Shown here: positions 10,304 through 20,600 of the stretch, one piece after another
Numbering within the stretch: position 1 is the first letter of the stretch
Layout of the letters: each line of letters opens with the position of its first letter
Origin: a virus
Direction: 5' to 3' (one strand)
IMG/VR virus record: IMGVR_UViG_3300030514_000008
Length of the DNA stretch: 64,000 bases
Notes under the pieces: model-generated
What the model was told of the DNA's origin: nothing
Seen by the model: the letters and a program-made list of their open reading frames with translations, nothing else
Database searches by the model: none
Translations under genes and position numbers: made by a program

Positions 10304-10660
10304 ATGACAACAAGAGTATATACAATCGAGGAAATCGAACTACAAGACTGGGAGAAGCCAGTTCGTGTTCACCCACTTACCATTAAGAAATTCCGTGAGC
10401 TAGCTGAGATTTTACAGCAACTAACTCCATCCGAAGAAATGCGTAAGAAGAAGGGTTTCAAGAACAAGGAATTCCTTGATGTAATGCTTGAAGCAACAGC
10501 TTTTGCAATGCAAACCTTTGATGTAGAGCTTTCAGATGTTGAAAAGCTTTCTGAGCATGTTGATATGCCAACCATGGAGCGCATTCTCGACATAGCCGCC
10601 GGGGTGAAGTTAAATGACCCAAATCTACAGGCGGCTCCGGGGATGGCTGGGACGAGCTGA
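10304..10660 (+). CDS. Tail assembly chaperone (gpG-like).
   Basis: 118-aa acidic protein immediately upstream of the tape measure gene. Confidence 0.5.
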   Translation: MTTRVYTIEEIELQDWEKPVRVHPLTIKKFRELAEILQQLTPSEEMRKKKGFKNKEFLDVMLEATAFAMQTFDVELSDVEKLSEHVDMPTMERILDIAAGVKLNDPNLQAAPGMAGTS

Positions 10661-10971
10661 TTGAAATAGAAGCCGAAGTGCTCTTCTATTACCCCGGGGC
10701 TTATAAAAACTTTGATGATCTGGAAGAACACCTCACCAGAGATGAACTAGTTAAGCTTTACGAAAAGGCCCATGAGATTCGCAAGGAAGATAAACGATTT
10801 GCAGCCGCTTTGAAGGGAATTGACATCGACGAAGGTCAGGCTGATGAATTTGATGAGGTAATGCGTCGTGGTGCTGCGAAGGCCGCCGGTATGACCGAAG
10901 AAGAGTACGACTTCAATGACATGCAGATTGGGTTCATTGATGAAGATGAAGAAGAGGATGAATTAGTATAG
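10564..10971 (+). CDS. Tail assembly chaperone extension (gpT-like). The frame is open from 10564 in the -1 frame relative to the upstream chaperone, giving a candidate programmed -1 frameshift G-GT product.
   Basis: The frame of the 10678 ORF is open from 10564 and overlaps the last 97 nt of the upstream ORF in the -1 register. The product is very acidic (EEDEEEDE), like gpT. No canonical XXXYYYZ heptamer was found. Confidence 0.4.
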
Positions 10972-11060
10972 CTGAGAACATTGGCGTAAACTTTGTCGCC
11001 ACAGGTACAACAACAGAAGCGCAGGCTTCTGTTAATGCCCTACGTACAGCCGTAGCAGGA

Positions 11061-14000
11061 TTGACCCAGCAAATCGGCGGACTTAATTCAACTAAGCTCG
11101 CCGGTTTTACTGCTGAACTAAATAAAATTGCTAACCCTAAGTTCAATTGGGATCCAGGTCTCAAACAAATGGACGATCTTACTGCCAGGATTCAAAAGGG
11201 TAAGCTTACTGCTTCGGAATACTTTAGTACTCTACGTAAAGGTACCTCTGATCTCGTTATGCAACAGGAGCGTCTTGCAAAAGCATACGCTACTCCTCTA
11301 GGCAATAAGGGTGGAATGACAATGACCATTCCCTCTGTTGCTTCAATTACACCAACCATCACGGCAATGGAAAGACTGAATCGCACTTGGGCTGTTCAAT
11401 CTGAATTACTTTCTGGTCTAGGAACTAAGGTTCAGGATTGGGGTAAAAATACCCAATGGGCCGGTCGCCAGATGATGGTTGGTTTTACTGTGCCATTTGC
11501 TATGGCAGCAGTAGCCGCTGGTAAGTACGCAATGGACATCGATAAGGCGCTTACTCGTATTGAAAAGGTATATGATGGTTCTACCAAGGGTTTGCGTGAA
11601 GAAGCAACTCAGGTAGCAATGGGTATTACCCAAGAGCTTGGTCAGACCGTTCAATCATCTCTAGAAATTATGGGTGATCTTGCAGCGGCGGGTAAGCAAG
11701 GTAAGGACATGTACGATATGACTCGTGAAGCCCAACGCCTTTCTGTTCTTGGTGATGTTGATAAAGAAGAATCCATCAAGGCTGTTATTTCAATGCAGAC
11801 AATTTATGGTCTGAACACAAAGCAGCTAGCTGACTCTATTAACTACTTGAACGCGGTAGACGCCAAGACTCCAACAAGTATGAAGGATCTTGCTGATGCA
11901 ATTCCTATTGCCGGTGCTACCGTAAAGCAGCTTGGTGGAGATCTCAAGGACACCACTGTATTGCTAACCGCATTCAAGGAACGTGGTATTAACACCGTTG
12001 AAGGTGCTAACGCAATTAAGTCAGCTATGAACCGTGTATTGGTTCCAACAAAGCAGGCAAAGGAACTGTTCCATGAATTCACTAAGCAAGATCTAAACCA
12101 GGTTATTGAACGCACCAAGGGCGACCCGCTAGACACTATGCAGGCACTGTCCGATGCAATTATGGGCGGAAACGTAGCGCTTGAAGACCAGCAGAAGATC
12201 ATTGGTAAGCTATTCGGAACCTACCAGTCAACACGTATTACTGGTCTTTTGCAGGGTTTGCAGTCTAAGACTGGTGCAGTTGCCGCGACCAAGGAACTTG
12301 CCGCAAAATCGGATGGTGAACTACGTAGTATTGCACAGAAGCACGAGGAAGCAATCAAGAATTCTGCATCAAGACAATTCACCATTGCGGTTGAGTCCTT
12401 CAAGACTCAACTAAAGGACTTTGGTGACTTTGCCATGAAGGTTGGCACAGTCGTAATTTCTGGATTCAGCAAGGCATTTGCTTTCTTTAATAGTCTTCCA
12501 GGACCAATCAAGTTTGTAGCAACCGCGCTGGGTCTGGTAGTTGCTGCTGCCGGTCCTATTGTAATGCTTGCTGGTCTGTTTGGTAACCTATTTGGTAGCG
12601 TAATCAAATTCACTGGATTCCTAATGGGTCTACGTAAGGGCTATGGTTCAATGACCATTGAACAGAAGGCAGCTCAGCTTTCTGCCGAGGGTATGACCTC
12701 AAAGCTCATGACCGAGTCCGAAGCCGCACAAGTTTTGATTTTCCAAATGAATAAGCTTCTAGGAGCAATTCAAGCTGTCGATGTTGCACAATCAACTGCT
12801 GCAAAGTCTGCTGGGATGCTTGGTGGTGGAATGGCTATGACATCTACCCAAACACGTGCCATACAAAATCCTGTTACTGGTGAATGGCGCACAAACACTG
12901 GTAAGTCTGTGAGCGCAGCGGAAGCAGCTGAGCTTAATGCACAACAGAAGATTCTTACTGCATCGAAGGAAGAGACTGCAAAGGCTGAAACCAAGGTCAC
13001 CGATGAAGTAAGAAAGACTAATATTGCGCAGAAAGCATTTAGTACTGAATCACTTGTTGGCGTTGGTGCCGTCGCCGGTATTGGTAGTATGGTTGCCGAG
13101 ACTGGTTCAGGACTTGAAAAATGGCTTACCTATATTTCACTTGGATCTGTAGCGTTGAGTGGTATCATTCCGCTTGTAAGTAAGATCTCTGAGGTGGTCA
13201 AGGGGACTCAGTTGTTCTCTGCGCTTAGTGGCGCAACTGGCAACATGGCTTCAAAGTTTGGCGGTATTGGTGAAAAGATTGGTAGCTCAATCAAGAATGG
13301 TCTAAGTTCTGCAATGAGCTTTATGACCTCGCCAATGGGTATTGGAATTGGTGTCGCACTTGTAGGTGCACTGGCAGTCACCAAGCTAGTTTCTGCTGAG
13401 GCTGAAAAGCAGGAACAAAAGCACCAAGAAATTTTGCGTTCAACTGATGACTGGACAAAGGCTCTTGGTCGTACCAAGGTTGAATGGGGTCAAATCAAGA
13501 ATGAGGCCGGGCAGGTACAAGATACTGTTGCCTCTATGGCTGAAAAAATGAAGACTGACAACGGTCCAATGGTCGAGCGATTCCGCAATGTAGGTCAAAT
13601 GCAGGAATTGCAATACATGGCAAATACTCAAGTTGGTAACCTTATGGGCCAGGGCATGAATAAGACTGAAATTCTTAATGCCATGGAAGCTTTGCTTCGT
13701 GCTGCTGGTAAGACCCGTAGTGAAATTGACCAGATTCTTGGAAATATTAAGGTTCAATTCGATTTCGCTAATACCGAAAAGGATTTCAATAGCTTTATGG
13801 ATAATATTCGTAAGAAGCTAGGAGCCTTGCAATTCAATCTATTCGAAACCAATTCTTTGGAGGATCAGGGTAATGGTGAACTAGGCCTAAAGGGTGACAA
13901 TCTACAGAATCTTCAGCGTCAAACTGAAGAGCTAGCGCAGCAGTTTAAGGATCGTATCGCCAACATGTCCGACGTCGATCGCGCAGTATTTGCAAAGAAA

Positions 14001-17000
14001 TTTGCTGATAATATGGCGGCAGCATATGGTGATGCTTTCAAGCAGCTAAATAGCGAATACGGAGGTAAGCTTGGCAAGGATTGGCAGGATGCTCGTTCAA
14101 AGTTCATGGAATTTAACAAAGATTCTGGAGAATGGCAGCTTAACGACCGTGGAAAGTCAAATGAAATTAGTGGTGACGCAGCCACCAAGTTGCAGATTCT
14201 AGCAAAGGAAGAATCTGACCTAACAAAGGCTATTGCTAGAGCTAATGGCGCATCTGATGATCAAGTAAAGAAGATCTCTGTAATTGGAGACATCATGCCA
14301 TACCTTAGTCAAGGTGTTGGTGACGCGACCAAGGTTCAAGATTCCTACAATAAGGCTGTAACCTCCTACGAACAAAACGCCGGGCGTAAGATGACCGATG
14401 TAGAAAAGCAGAAGCTTGCAACCCTATATGCGAGTGTTTCTGGCTTAGATGCAGCCAGACTTGCGACTAATGGATATGCACAAGCGAGCAAGGACATGGC
14501 TCAGACAGCATATGACAATGCTGTAGCATTGCAGAAATTTGTTAATGCAATGAAGGACGTAAGCAATGCTGGAGAAGATATGTGGCAGGATGTTGCTACT
14601 GCCGGATCTGGTTTTGCTTCACTTGGTGGAACTGCTGAGGATCAAGCCAAGAAGCTAACTGATGTTCAGAAGAGCATTTTCAGCGGCGCGATGGGCAGCG
14701 TTTACGATGCATATGCAGGGTCTGCTGAAGAAATCTGGAAGAATCGTCTTGACGCAATTACTAGTCATTTTGAAGCTAAAAAAGAACAGGTTCAGAATGC
14801 AATTGATAGTTTTGATAAAGCATATGAAAAGAAGCAGCAAGATTTTGAGGATCGCTGGGATGCAACAATGGATGCTACAAAAGCATCTTTCGACGCACGC
14901 CAAAAGTCAATTGAGGATGAAGCCCAAGCTCGAATCGATTCTATTGATCAGCAAGTTGATGCAATTCAAAATCAAAAGGAAGCCGAACAGGAAATTGAGG
15001 ATGCACGCCAAAAGCAATTCGAGGCTGAAAAACAACGTATTGAAAGACTTACAAGTCTAGCAAATCAGCGCATCGCTTATAGTCGTGCTCTTGGCGGGGG
15101 TAATCTTGATGAAGCCGCAAGAGTACAAAACAATACTGACTCAATGATCACAGGCTGGTCTATTGATGATGCTAATAGTCGTGCATCAGATGCAGCAGAA
15201 AAGAAGTCAAAGCTTTCAGATAAGCAGGTTAAGGAGCTTAATGCAACCAAGGATCTTATCAGTAAAGAAAAGCAAGCTAAGCTTGATTCACTTAAGGATG
15301 AAGAACAGGCTGTAGAAAAGTCCTTGCAGAAGCAGCGCGAAATGGAAAAGCGTAGCATGGAGCAAGCACGTGATACCGAACGTGAACGTCTACAGAACCG
15401 AATTGAAAGCTTAAATAAGGAACAGCAGGCTGCTGAAAAGAAAGAGCAAAAAATTCAGGAAGCAAATAAGCGTACCCTAGATATCCAGCTTGCTACCTTG
15501 AAGGCATTTATTCCTCAGAATGAGCAGCAGCTAAATGACCACATTAACCGTGTCGGTGCTGCTTATGGTCAGTTTGGTCTAGGCTTGCAAGGTGCTGGTA
15601 GCCAGTGGGGTCAAATCGTTGGTAATGCATTGCAGAACAATGTTAATATTGCTCGTACTCAAATGTCTAGTGATGCAAACTGGGCTGCTTTTGGTGCTCA
15701 AGTGGCCGGGGCTATTTCACAGGGTGCATTTGGTCTTAACCTAAATGACTTCATGAATCTATTGCGTACTGGTAATCCTCCTGCTGGATGGAATCCACCA
15801 AGCACTAGAAACGATCCTTACGCACCTTCACGTGGTCCTGCCGGAGGTCTGGGATTCCGACACGCCGGTGGTCCGGTCGATGATTCTCCTGGTTCACGTA
15901 ATGGTCTAAGCGGTGGATTGCATTCAAGCGAAATTCCTATGGTTTTGCAGCGCGGTGAATTCGTTATTAATAAGGACGCTGTACAGAAGATCGGTAAGGA
16001 AAATCTTACTAGAATCAATGCCGGTGACCCAAGATCGATTAATCCTGGTGTAAACTTCGCTGGATTCGGTGGTGCCTTTGCCGGTATTATGGGTCGCGCG
16101 ATGACAGACCTAGCTGTTAACAACCTTGCTTCTTATTACGCTGCTCAAAATTCAGAAATTGCAGCAGCACTTGGAATGCTTGGCGGAAGTGGAACAGGTG
16201 CGGCAGTGGACTTCGCCCGCGCACAGGATGGAAAGCCATATATCTGGGGTGGTGTGGGTCCTGCTGGATTCGACTGTTCAGGTTATATGTCAGCTATCGC
16301 CAACGTATTGACTGGTGCTTCTAGCCCATACAAGCGTATCTTCTCGACTGGTATGGTTCAGAATGGTAAGGCATTCGGACCATTCGTACCTGGTCTTGGT
16401 GGTAAGTTCCAGATTGGTGTTTCTAGTGGCCACACCGCTGGTACATTGCTTGGAACCAATGTTGAGTCAACTGGTAACCACGTACGTTATGGTAAGGATG
16501 CTCACGGTGCTACAGATAAGCAGTTCCGTCTGCACTTCCACATTCCAGATGATAGAATCGTTGAAGGCGCAGCCTCATGGGATGGTTCTGGCGAACAAGC
16601 TAGCGGTAATGTTCAGCAATTGGTTAAGGCTGTAGCCAAGAATTATGGCTGGGATGGCGGAGCAGAATGGAATGCGCTCTATGCTCTAGTTCAGAAGGAA
16701 TCTAGCTGGAATCCAAATGCTCAAAACCCAACTTCATCAGCGTACGGTCTATTTCAGTTTTTGGACAGCACTTGGCGCGGATATGGTTCAAAGACCTCAA
16801 ACCCAAGTTTACAAGCTCAGTATGGTTTGAGATACATCAAGGATCGTTACCGTGATCCAATTGGTGCATGGAACTTCCACCGTTCACACAACTGGTATGA
16901 CTCTGGTGGAGATGTAATGCCAGGACCAAATTTCCTTTACAATGGAACTAATCTTCCTGAATCAGTATTGACAAATAGTACTACAAAGGGAGTAATTGAG

Positions 17001-17231
17001 GCATTGAATAAAGCTACAATGTCCTACACCGGGTTCGCCGGATTGCTACAAAATGCAATCAATGTTTCACCAGCAGCGGCAGGCTTTGACACCCGCGCAG
17101 GAGATACATATACTTACGACGTGAATATTAATGCGGCTGGAATGGCTCCAGATGAACTAAAGCGTGTTGTTAGCGATGCCATTGACAATAAGCACAGATT
17201 ACAACAAAAGAAGATCGGAGCAATTAGGTAA
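11061..17231 (+). CDS. Tape measure protein with C-terminal peptidoglycan-hydrolase motifs (lytic transglycosylase-like and NlpC/P60-like).
   Basis: 2056 aa with a long central coiled-coil (ARQKSIEDEAQARIDSIDQQV...). Motif ESSWNPNAQNP..SAYGLFQF (SLT-like) and motif DGKPYIWGGVGPAGFDCSGY (NlpC/P60-like Cys). Confidence 0.85.
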   Translation: MTQQIGGLNSTKLAGFTAELNKIANPKFNWDPGLKQMDDLTARIQKGKLTASEYFSTLRKGTSDLVMQQERLAKAYATPLGNKGGMTMTIPSVASITPTITAMERLNRTWAVQSELLSGLGTKVQDWGKNTQWAGRQMMVGFTVPFAMAAVAAGKYAMDIDKALTRIEKVYDGSTKGLREEATQVAMGITQELGQTVQSSLEIMGDLAAAGKQGKDMYDMTREAQRLSVLGDVDKEESIKAVISMQTIYGLNTKQLADSINYLNAVDAKTPTSMKDLADAIPIAGATVKQLGGDLKDTTVLLTAFKERGINTVEGANAIKSAMNRVLVPTKQAKELFHEFTKQDLNQVIERTKGDPLDTMQALSDAIMGGNVALEDQQKIIGKLFGTYQSTRITGLLQGLQSKTGAVAATKELAAKSDGELRSIAQKHEEAIKNSASRQFTIAVESFKTQLKDFGDFAMKVGTVVISGFSKAFAFFNSLPGPIKFVATALGLVVAAAGPIVMLAGLFGNLFGSVIKFTGFLMGLRKGYGSMTIEQKAAQLSAEGMTSKLMTESEAAQVLIFQMNKLLGAIQAVDVAQSTAAKSAGMLGGGMAMTSTQTRAIQNPVTGEWRTNTGKSVSAAEAAELNAQQKILTASKEETAKAETKVTDEVRKTNIAQKAFSTESLVGVGAVAGIGSMVAETGSGLEKWLTYISLGSVALSGIIPLVSKISEVVKGTQLFSALSGATGNMASKFGGIGEKIGSSIKNGLSSAMSFMTSPMGIGIGVALVGALAVTKLVSAEAEKQEQKHQEILRSTDDWTKALGRTKVEWGQIKNEAGQVQDTVASMAEKMKTDNGPMVERFRNVGQMQELQYMANTQVGNLMGQGMNKTEILNAMEALLRAAGKTRSEIDQILGNIKVQFDFANTEKDFNSFMDNIRKKLGALQFNLFETNSLEDQGNGELGLKGDNLQNLQRQTEELAQQFKDRIANMSDVDRAVFAKKFADNMAAAYGDAFKQLNSEYGGKLGKDWQDARSKFMEFNKDSGEWQLNDRGKSNEISGDAATKLQILAKEESDLTKAIARANGASDDQVKKISVIGDIMPYLSQGVGDATKVQDSYNKAVTSYEQNAGRKMTDVEKQKLATLYASVSGLDAARLATNGYAQASKDMAQTAYDNAVALQKFVNAMKDVSNAGEDMWQDVATAGSGFASLGGTAEDQAKKLTDVQKSIFSGAMGSVYDAYAGSAEEIWKNRLDAITSHFEAKKEQVQNAIDSFDKAYEKKQQDFEDRWDATMDATKASFDARQKSIEDEAQARIDSIDQQVDAIQNQKEAEQEIEDARQKQFEAEKQRIERLTSLANQRIAYSRALGGGNLDEAARVQNNTDSMITGWSIDDANSRASDAAEKKSKLSDKQVKELNATKDLISKEKQAKLDSLKDEEQAVEKSLQKQREMEKRSMEQARDTERERLQNRIESLNKEQQAAEKKEQKIQEANKRTLDIQLATLKAFIPQNEQQLNDHINRVGAAYGQFGLGLQGAGSQWGQIVGNALQNNVNIARTQMSSDANWAAFGAQVAGAISQGAFGLNLNDFMNLLRTGNPPAGWNPPSTRNDPYAPSRGPAGGLGFRHAGGPVDDSPGSRNGLSGGLHSSEIPMVLQRGEFVINKDAVQKIGKENLTRINAGDPRSINPGVNFAGFGGAFAGIMGRAMTDLAVNNLASYYAAQNSEIAAALGMLGGSGTGAAVDFARAQDGKPYIWGGVGPAGFDCSGYMSAIANVLTGASSPYKRIFSTGMVQNGKAFGPFVPGLGGKFQIGVSSGHTAGTLLGTNVESTGNHVRYGKDAHGATDKQFRLHFHIPDDRIVEGAASWDGSGEQASGNVQQLVKAVAKNYGWDGGAEWNALYALVQKESSWNPNAQNPTSSAYGLFQFLDSTWRGYGSKTSNPSLQAQYGLRYIKDRYRDPIGAWNFHRSHNWYDSGGDVMPGPNFLYNGTNLPESVLTNSTTKGVIEALNKATMSYTGFAGLLQNAINVSPAAAGFDTRAGDTYTYDVNINAAGMAPDELKRVVSDAIDNKHRLQQKKIGAIR

Positions 17232-17644
17232 TGTTGCCAAGACCAAGAATTCTACCAATTGGCGCGGGGTTGGCGATCAATGGTAATAAATTAACTGACC
17301 ACAATCGTGCACCGATCTCTATCACCCCAGAGCGTATAGAGAATCGTAAGCGCATGGCTAATGGAACATTGCGTAATTTTGTAGTTGCTCAAAAGCGTAA
17401 AATAAAGACATCGTGGGACAATTTGCCAAAACAGGATACCCATACAGTTGATGGTTTCTGGGGGGCTGAAAGTATGGTAAACTTTTATAACAGTACATTT
17501 GATGAGTTTACGTTGCGTATTACATATGGAAATAATTCGTTTGAGGACATTCTAGTAATGTTCGCCGATTTCAATCCAGTTCTTCGCAAGCGTAGTACTT
17601 ATACTGATTTATATAGTCTTGATGTTACATTTGAGGAAGTCTGA
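17231..17644 (+). CDS. Minor tail protein (distal-tail-like position).
   Basis: 137 aa immediately after the tape measure gene, ATGA-type overlap. Confidence 0.45.
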   Translation: MLPRPRILPIGAGLAINGNKLTDHNRAPISITPERIENRKRMANGTLRNFVVAQKRKIKTSWDNLPKQDTHTVDGFWGAESMVNFYNSTFDEFTLRITYGNNSFEDILVMFADFNPVLRKRSTYTDLYSLDVTFEEV

Positions 17645-17646
17645 TC

Positions 17647-20600
17647 GTGCAGGTAATACCTGGAGAATTTGAAACAGCTATAAAGCGTGGGTACGCTATC
17701 GAAGGAAAGTCGATTGTAGTTGCCGAATGGAACTACAATAAGATTTTCAATGTTGCAGTAACTAACCCGCCAAATGACCAAAATTGGATTCTAAATAAGG
17801 AGTACTTCACTCCTCAATCTGTCGTGTCCGGATTTAGACCAAACAGTGGTATTTTTTATGGCATCACTGATGAATCCTATACTGATGGTTCCCCTACTGG
17901 ACTTGACGCAAATCGCTACTATACCATTGACTCGATTAATAAGTATAAATACTGGGTATGTCCTACCCCCTCTGCAATAAATGCGCCGGGCGTAGATCAA
18001 GGTACAATAGTGCCACAGACCTATACGGTAGACCGTGGTACTCTCCTATTAGACTATGGCCAGTTCCTTAATATGAATAAGGTTACTGCAACTTTTAACC
18101 TTGGTCCAATGCCAAACGATTGGAGCTTGTGGCTATTTGATCAAACCCTAAATGACTGGGTTGAAATCAATAATCCAAGCATTAGCGATATTAGCGGTAG
18201 AGCTGAAATCTGGTGGAACGGTTCGGCATGGGTGGAAGAGCAGCAACTAGACGAGACTGTCTATCGACGTATTTCAAAAATCAAACTTGAGGTCCGTGCG
18301 CTGGAAGAACCAAATAAGCGTTTGCAGGTTGTAGAAGTTTCCGGCCGCCGTGAAATTGAGCTCACTGATCGCACCGAAGAATACTCAGTCAATGCATCTA
18401 TGGACGCACAGGACTTCATTTTTCCGGTTGGTAAAATGTCGGCTAATGATGGAAGTATTACTTTTAATAACACTGATCTAAAGATGAACCACCAGGATTC
18501 AACTTCTGATTTCTACGGGGCATTAGTTGGTTGGTGCCAATATCGTACCTATGTTCAGTATGACCTTACTCCTTGGGGCGGAACTGCGGAATACAACATC
18601 AGAACTTCTACAATGTATGCTAATGATTACCAACAAAATAATGAATGGCAATACACTGTAGAGCTATTTGATGTTCTTAAAATCTTGCAGACAATAGATT
18701 GCCCAGCCCTACTTATCGAAAACCAATCACTTGCACGTGTTATTGCAACCTTGCTAGACATGGTCGGTATTGACACCTACAGCTTTGAATTCGAGGATTG
18801 GGATAAAACAAATACCGTTAAGTACTTTTGGTCGGATGGCACCGAAAAGGTATTCGACGTCCTTTCAAAGCTTGTGCAATCATTCCAAGCCGCGCTTTTT
18901 GTGGATGAAGATGGCATTATTAGGCTGATCACCAGAAACGAATATACTCCAGAAGATGGAGAAGAAACTGTATGGACTTTCCGAGGGGCAAAGGAAGGTT
19001 TAGATCTTCCTGATATTATCAAGCTTGATAAGAAGTATGCATTGCAAGTAAATAAGGTAAATGTTAAATACACAAAGCGTCAAGTGAAAATAGATGATCT
19101 TGACCTTACTCAGCAGCCATTGACATCAACAGTGTGGGAAGGTTCCGATGCTATTGTTTTGCGCGGTGCTCCACTAGTTAGATCACTCTTGGCTGAAGAT
19201 TTGTCCGCAATTCCATATCGTGTTATGGACGGTATTGGTACATATACTCCAAACAACTGTACTCTAACACTTACTACTGAAAAGGAACCACCAAATCCGC
19301 TATTAGGCAATCAAACCGGAAAGGTACAAGCGGTAGGGTCACCAACCAATATTCGTGTTGAGTCGAATATGGTCAACACTTCTTCAGTTGGAAAGATGCA
19401 CGCTGCCTGCTATGTATACTTTAATTCTACAGTCTTTGATAACTTCTCCGCTGCAATAAATTGGTTTGATGAAAATAGGCAGTACATGTCTACTAGTTAT
19501 AACTGGGTTACAGTTCCTGGGGGCTCTTGGCAATACGTTGAAAATGTTTTCAATGTACCGGCGGGGGCTAAGTATTGTACTCTATTGCCAATTCTACGTA
19601 ACGTAATTCAGACATTTTACCTTGACCTTACCCAGCTTCACCCGGATGGATTTGAGGACAACTGGGATATCTGGGTTAGTTCTTCACGCGCTGAAACCTG
19701 GCCATACACTGGAAAAGTAAATATTGATGGTGAAATCATTGAATACAATGGTAAGTCCTATGCATGGTGGGACTTTACAAGCGGTTATCCAACATATATG
19801 GAGGCTATGGTCTTTAATGATGATGAAAGAAAAGCTTATGATAGAAAGAGCTATTTGTCCTGGAAGGCAGCAAGCCAAGATCCACTTAATCCAATCATAG
19901 GTGGAGTAAGTACTGACCCTGTAAGGCAGAACCACTTTGTTGGTCGTTTGCGTCCAAAAACACGTGATGTTGATCAGCAGGGTCAGCGTAAATTCCACCC
20001 GCATAACCAGGGACTAGGCTGGTATACCATGGACTTTTGGACAGCACAATCAAATTCGTGGGGGTTCCCGGGTAAATACTTTACTCCTGGAGGTAACCAA
20101 TACAATATTGACAATCTTAAGGATTGGAATAAACGAATTAACTGGACTGAATGCCAAAGTCGTGTGAGTATTAACGACAGTATCGCAACTATTGACAATG
20201 CGACAAATAATAGTGCACCTGATCATGCTACCCATGCTACAGTGCTGGTTAAGGATCACGGCGATACTGAATTCCGCGAAATTGGTACTCGATTTAGAAT
20301 TCGCGGCGGAACCAAAGGTAGAATGGTTATTCCTTTCTATATGACAAATGCCTCAGGCTACGATAACGAAAATCCGCCAATTAATGAAGCATTTTATGCT
20401 ACAAGATGCTATTTAATAAACGTTGCTACTTCGGAATACTGTGATACTACAGATAGAAGAGTGCATGAAATTTCAATGCAATACAAGGACGGAGATAACC
20501 TCTATAGAATCTGGTCCGGCGAAATTGCGGGAAACACAGGTAAGGTTAAGATTGACGCTGATAAGTGGTATGACCTTGAATTTGTATTCCGAGATGGCCA

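Noticed and set aside
10564-10660. Canonical XXXYYYZ slippery heptamer for the G/GT frameshift.
   Set aside because: I scanned the zero-frame codons across the overlap and found no A_AAA_AAG-, G_GGA_AAG- or similar heptamer, so the frameshift remains a positional inference.
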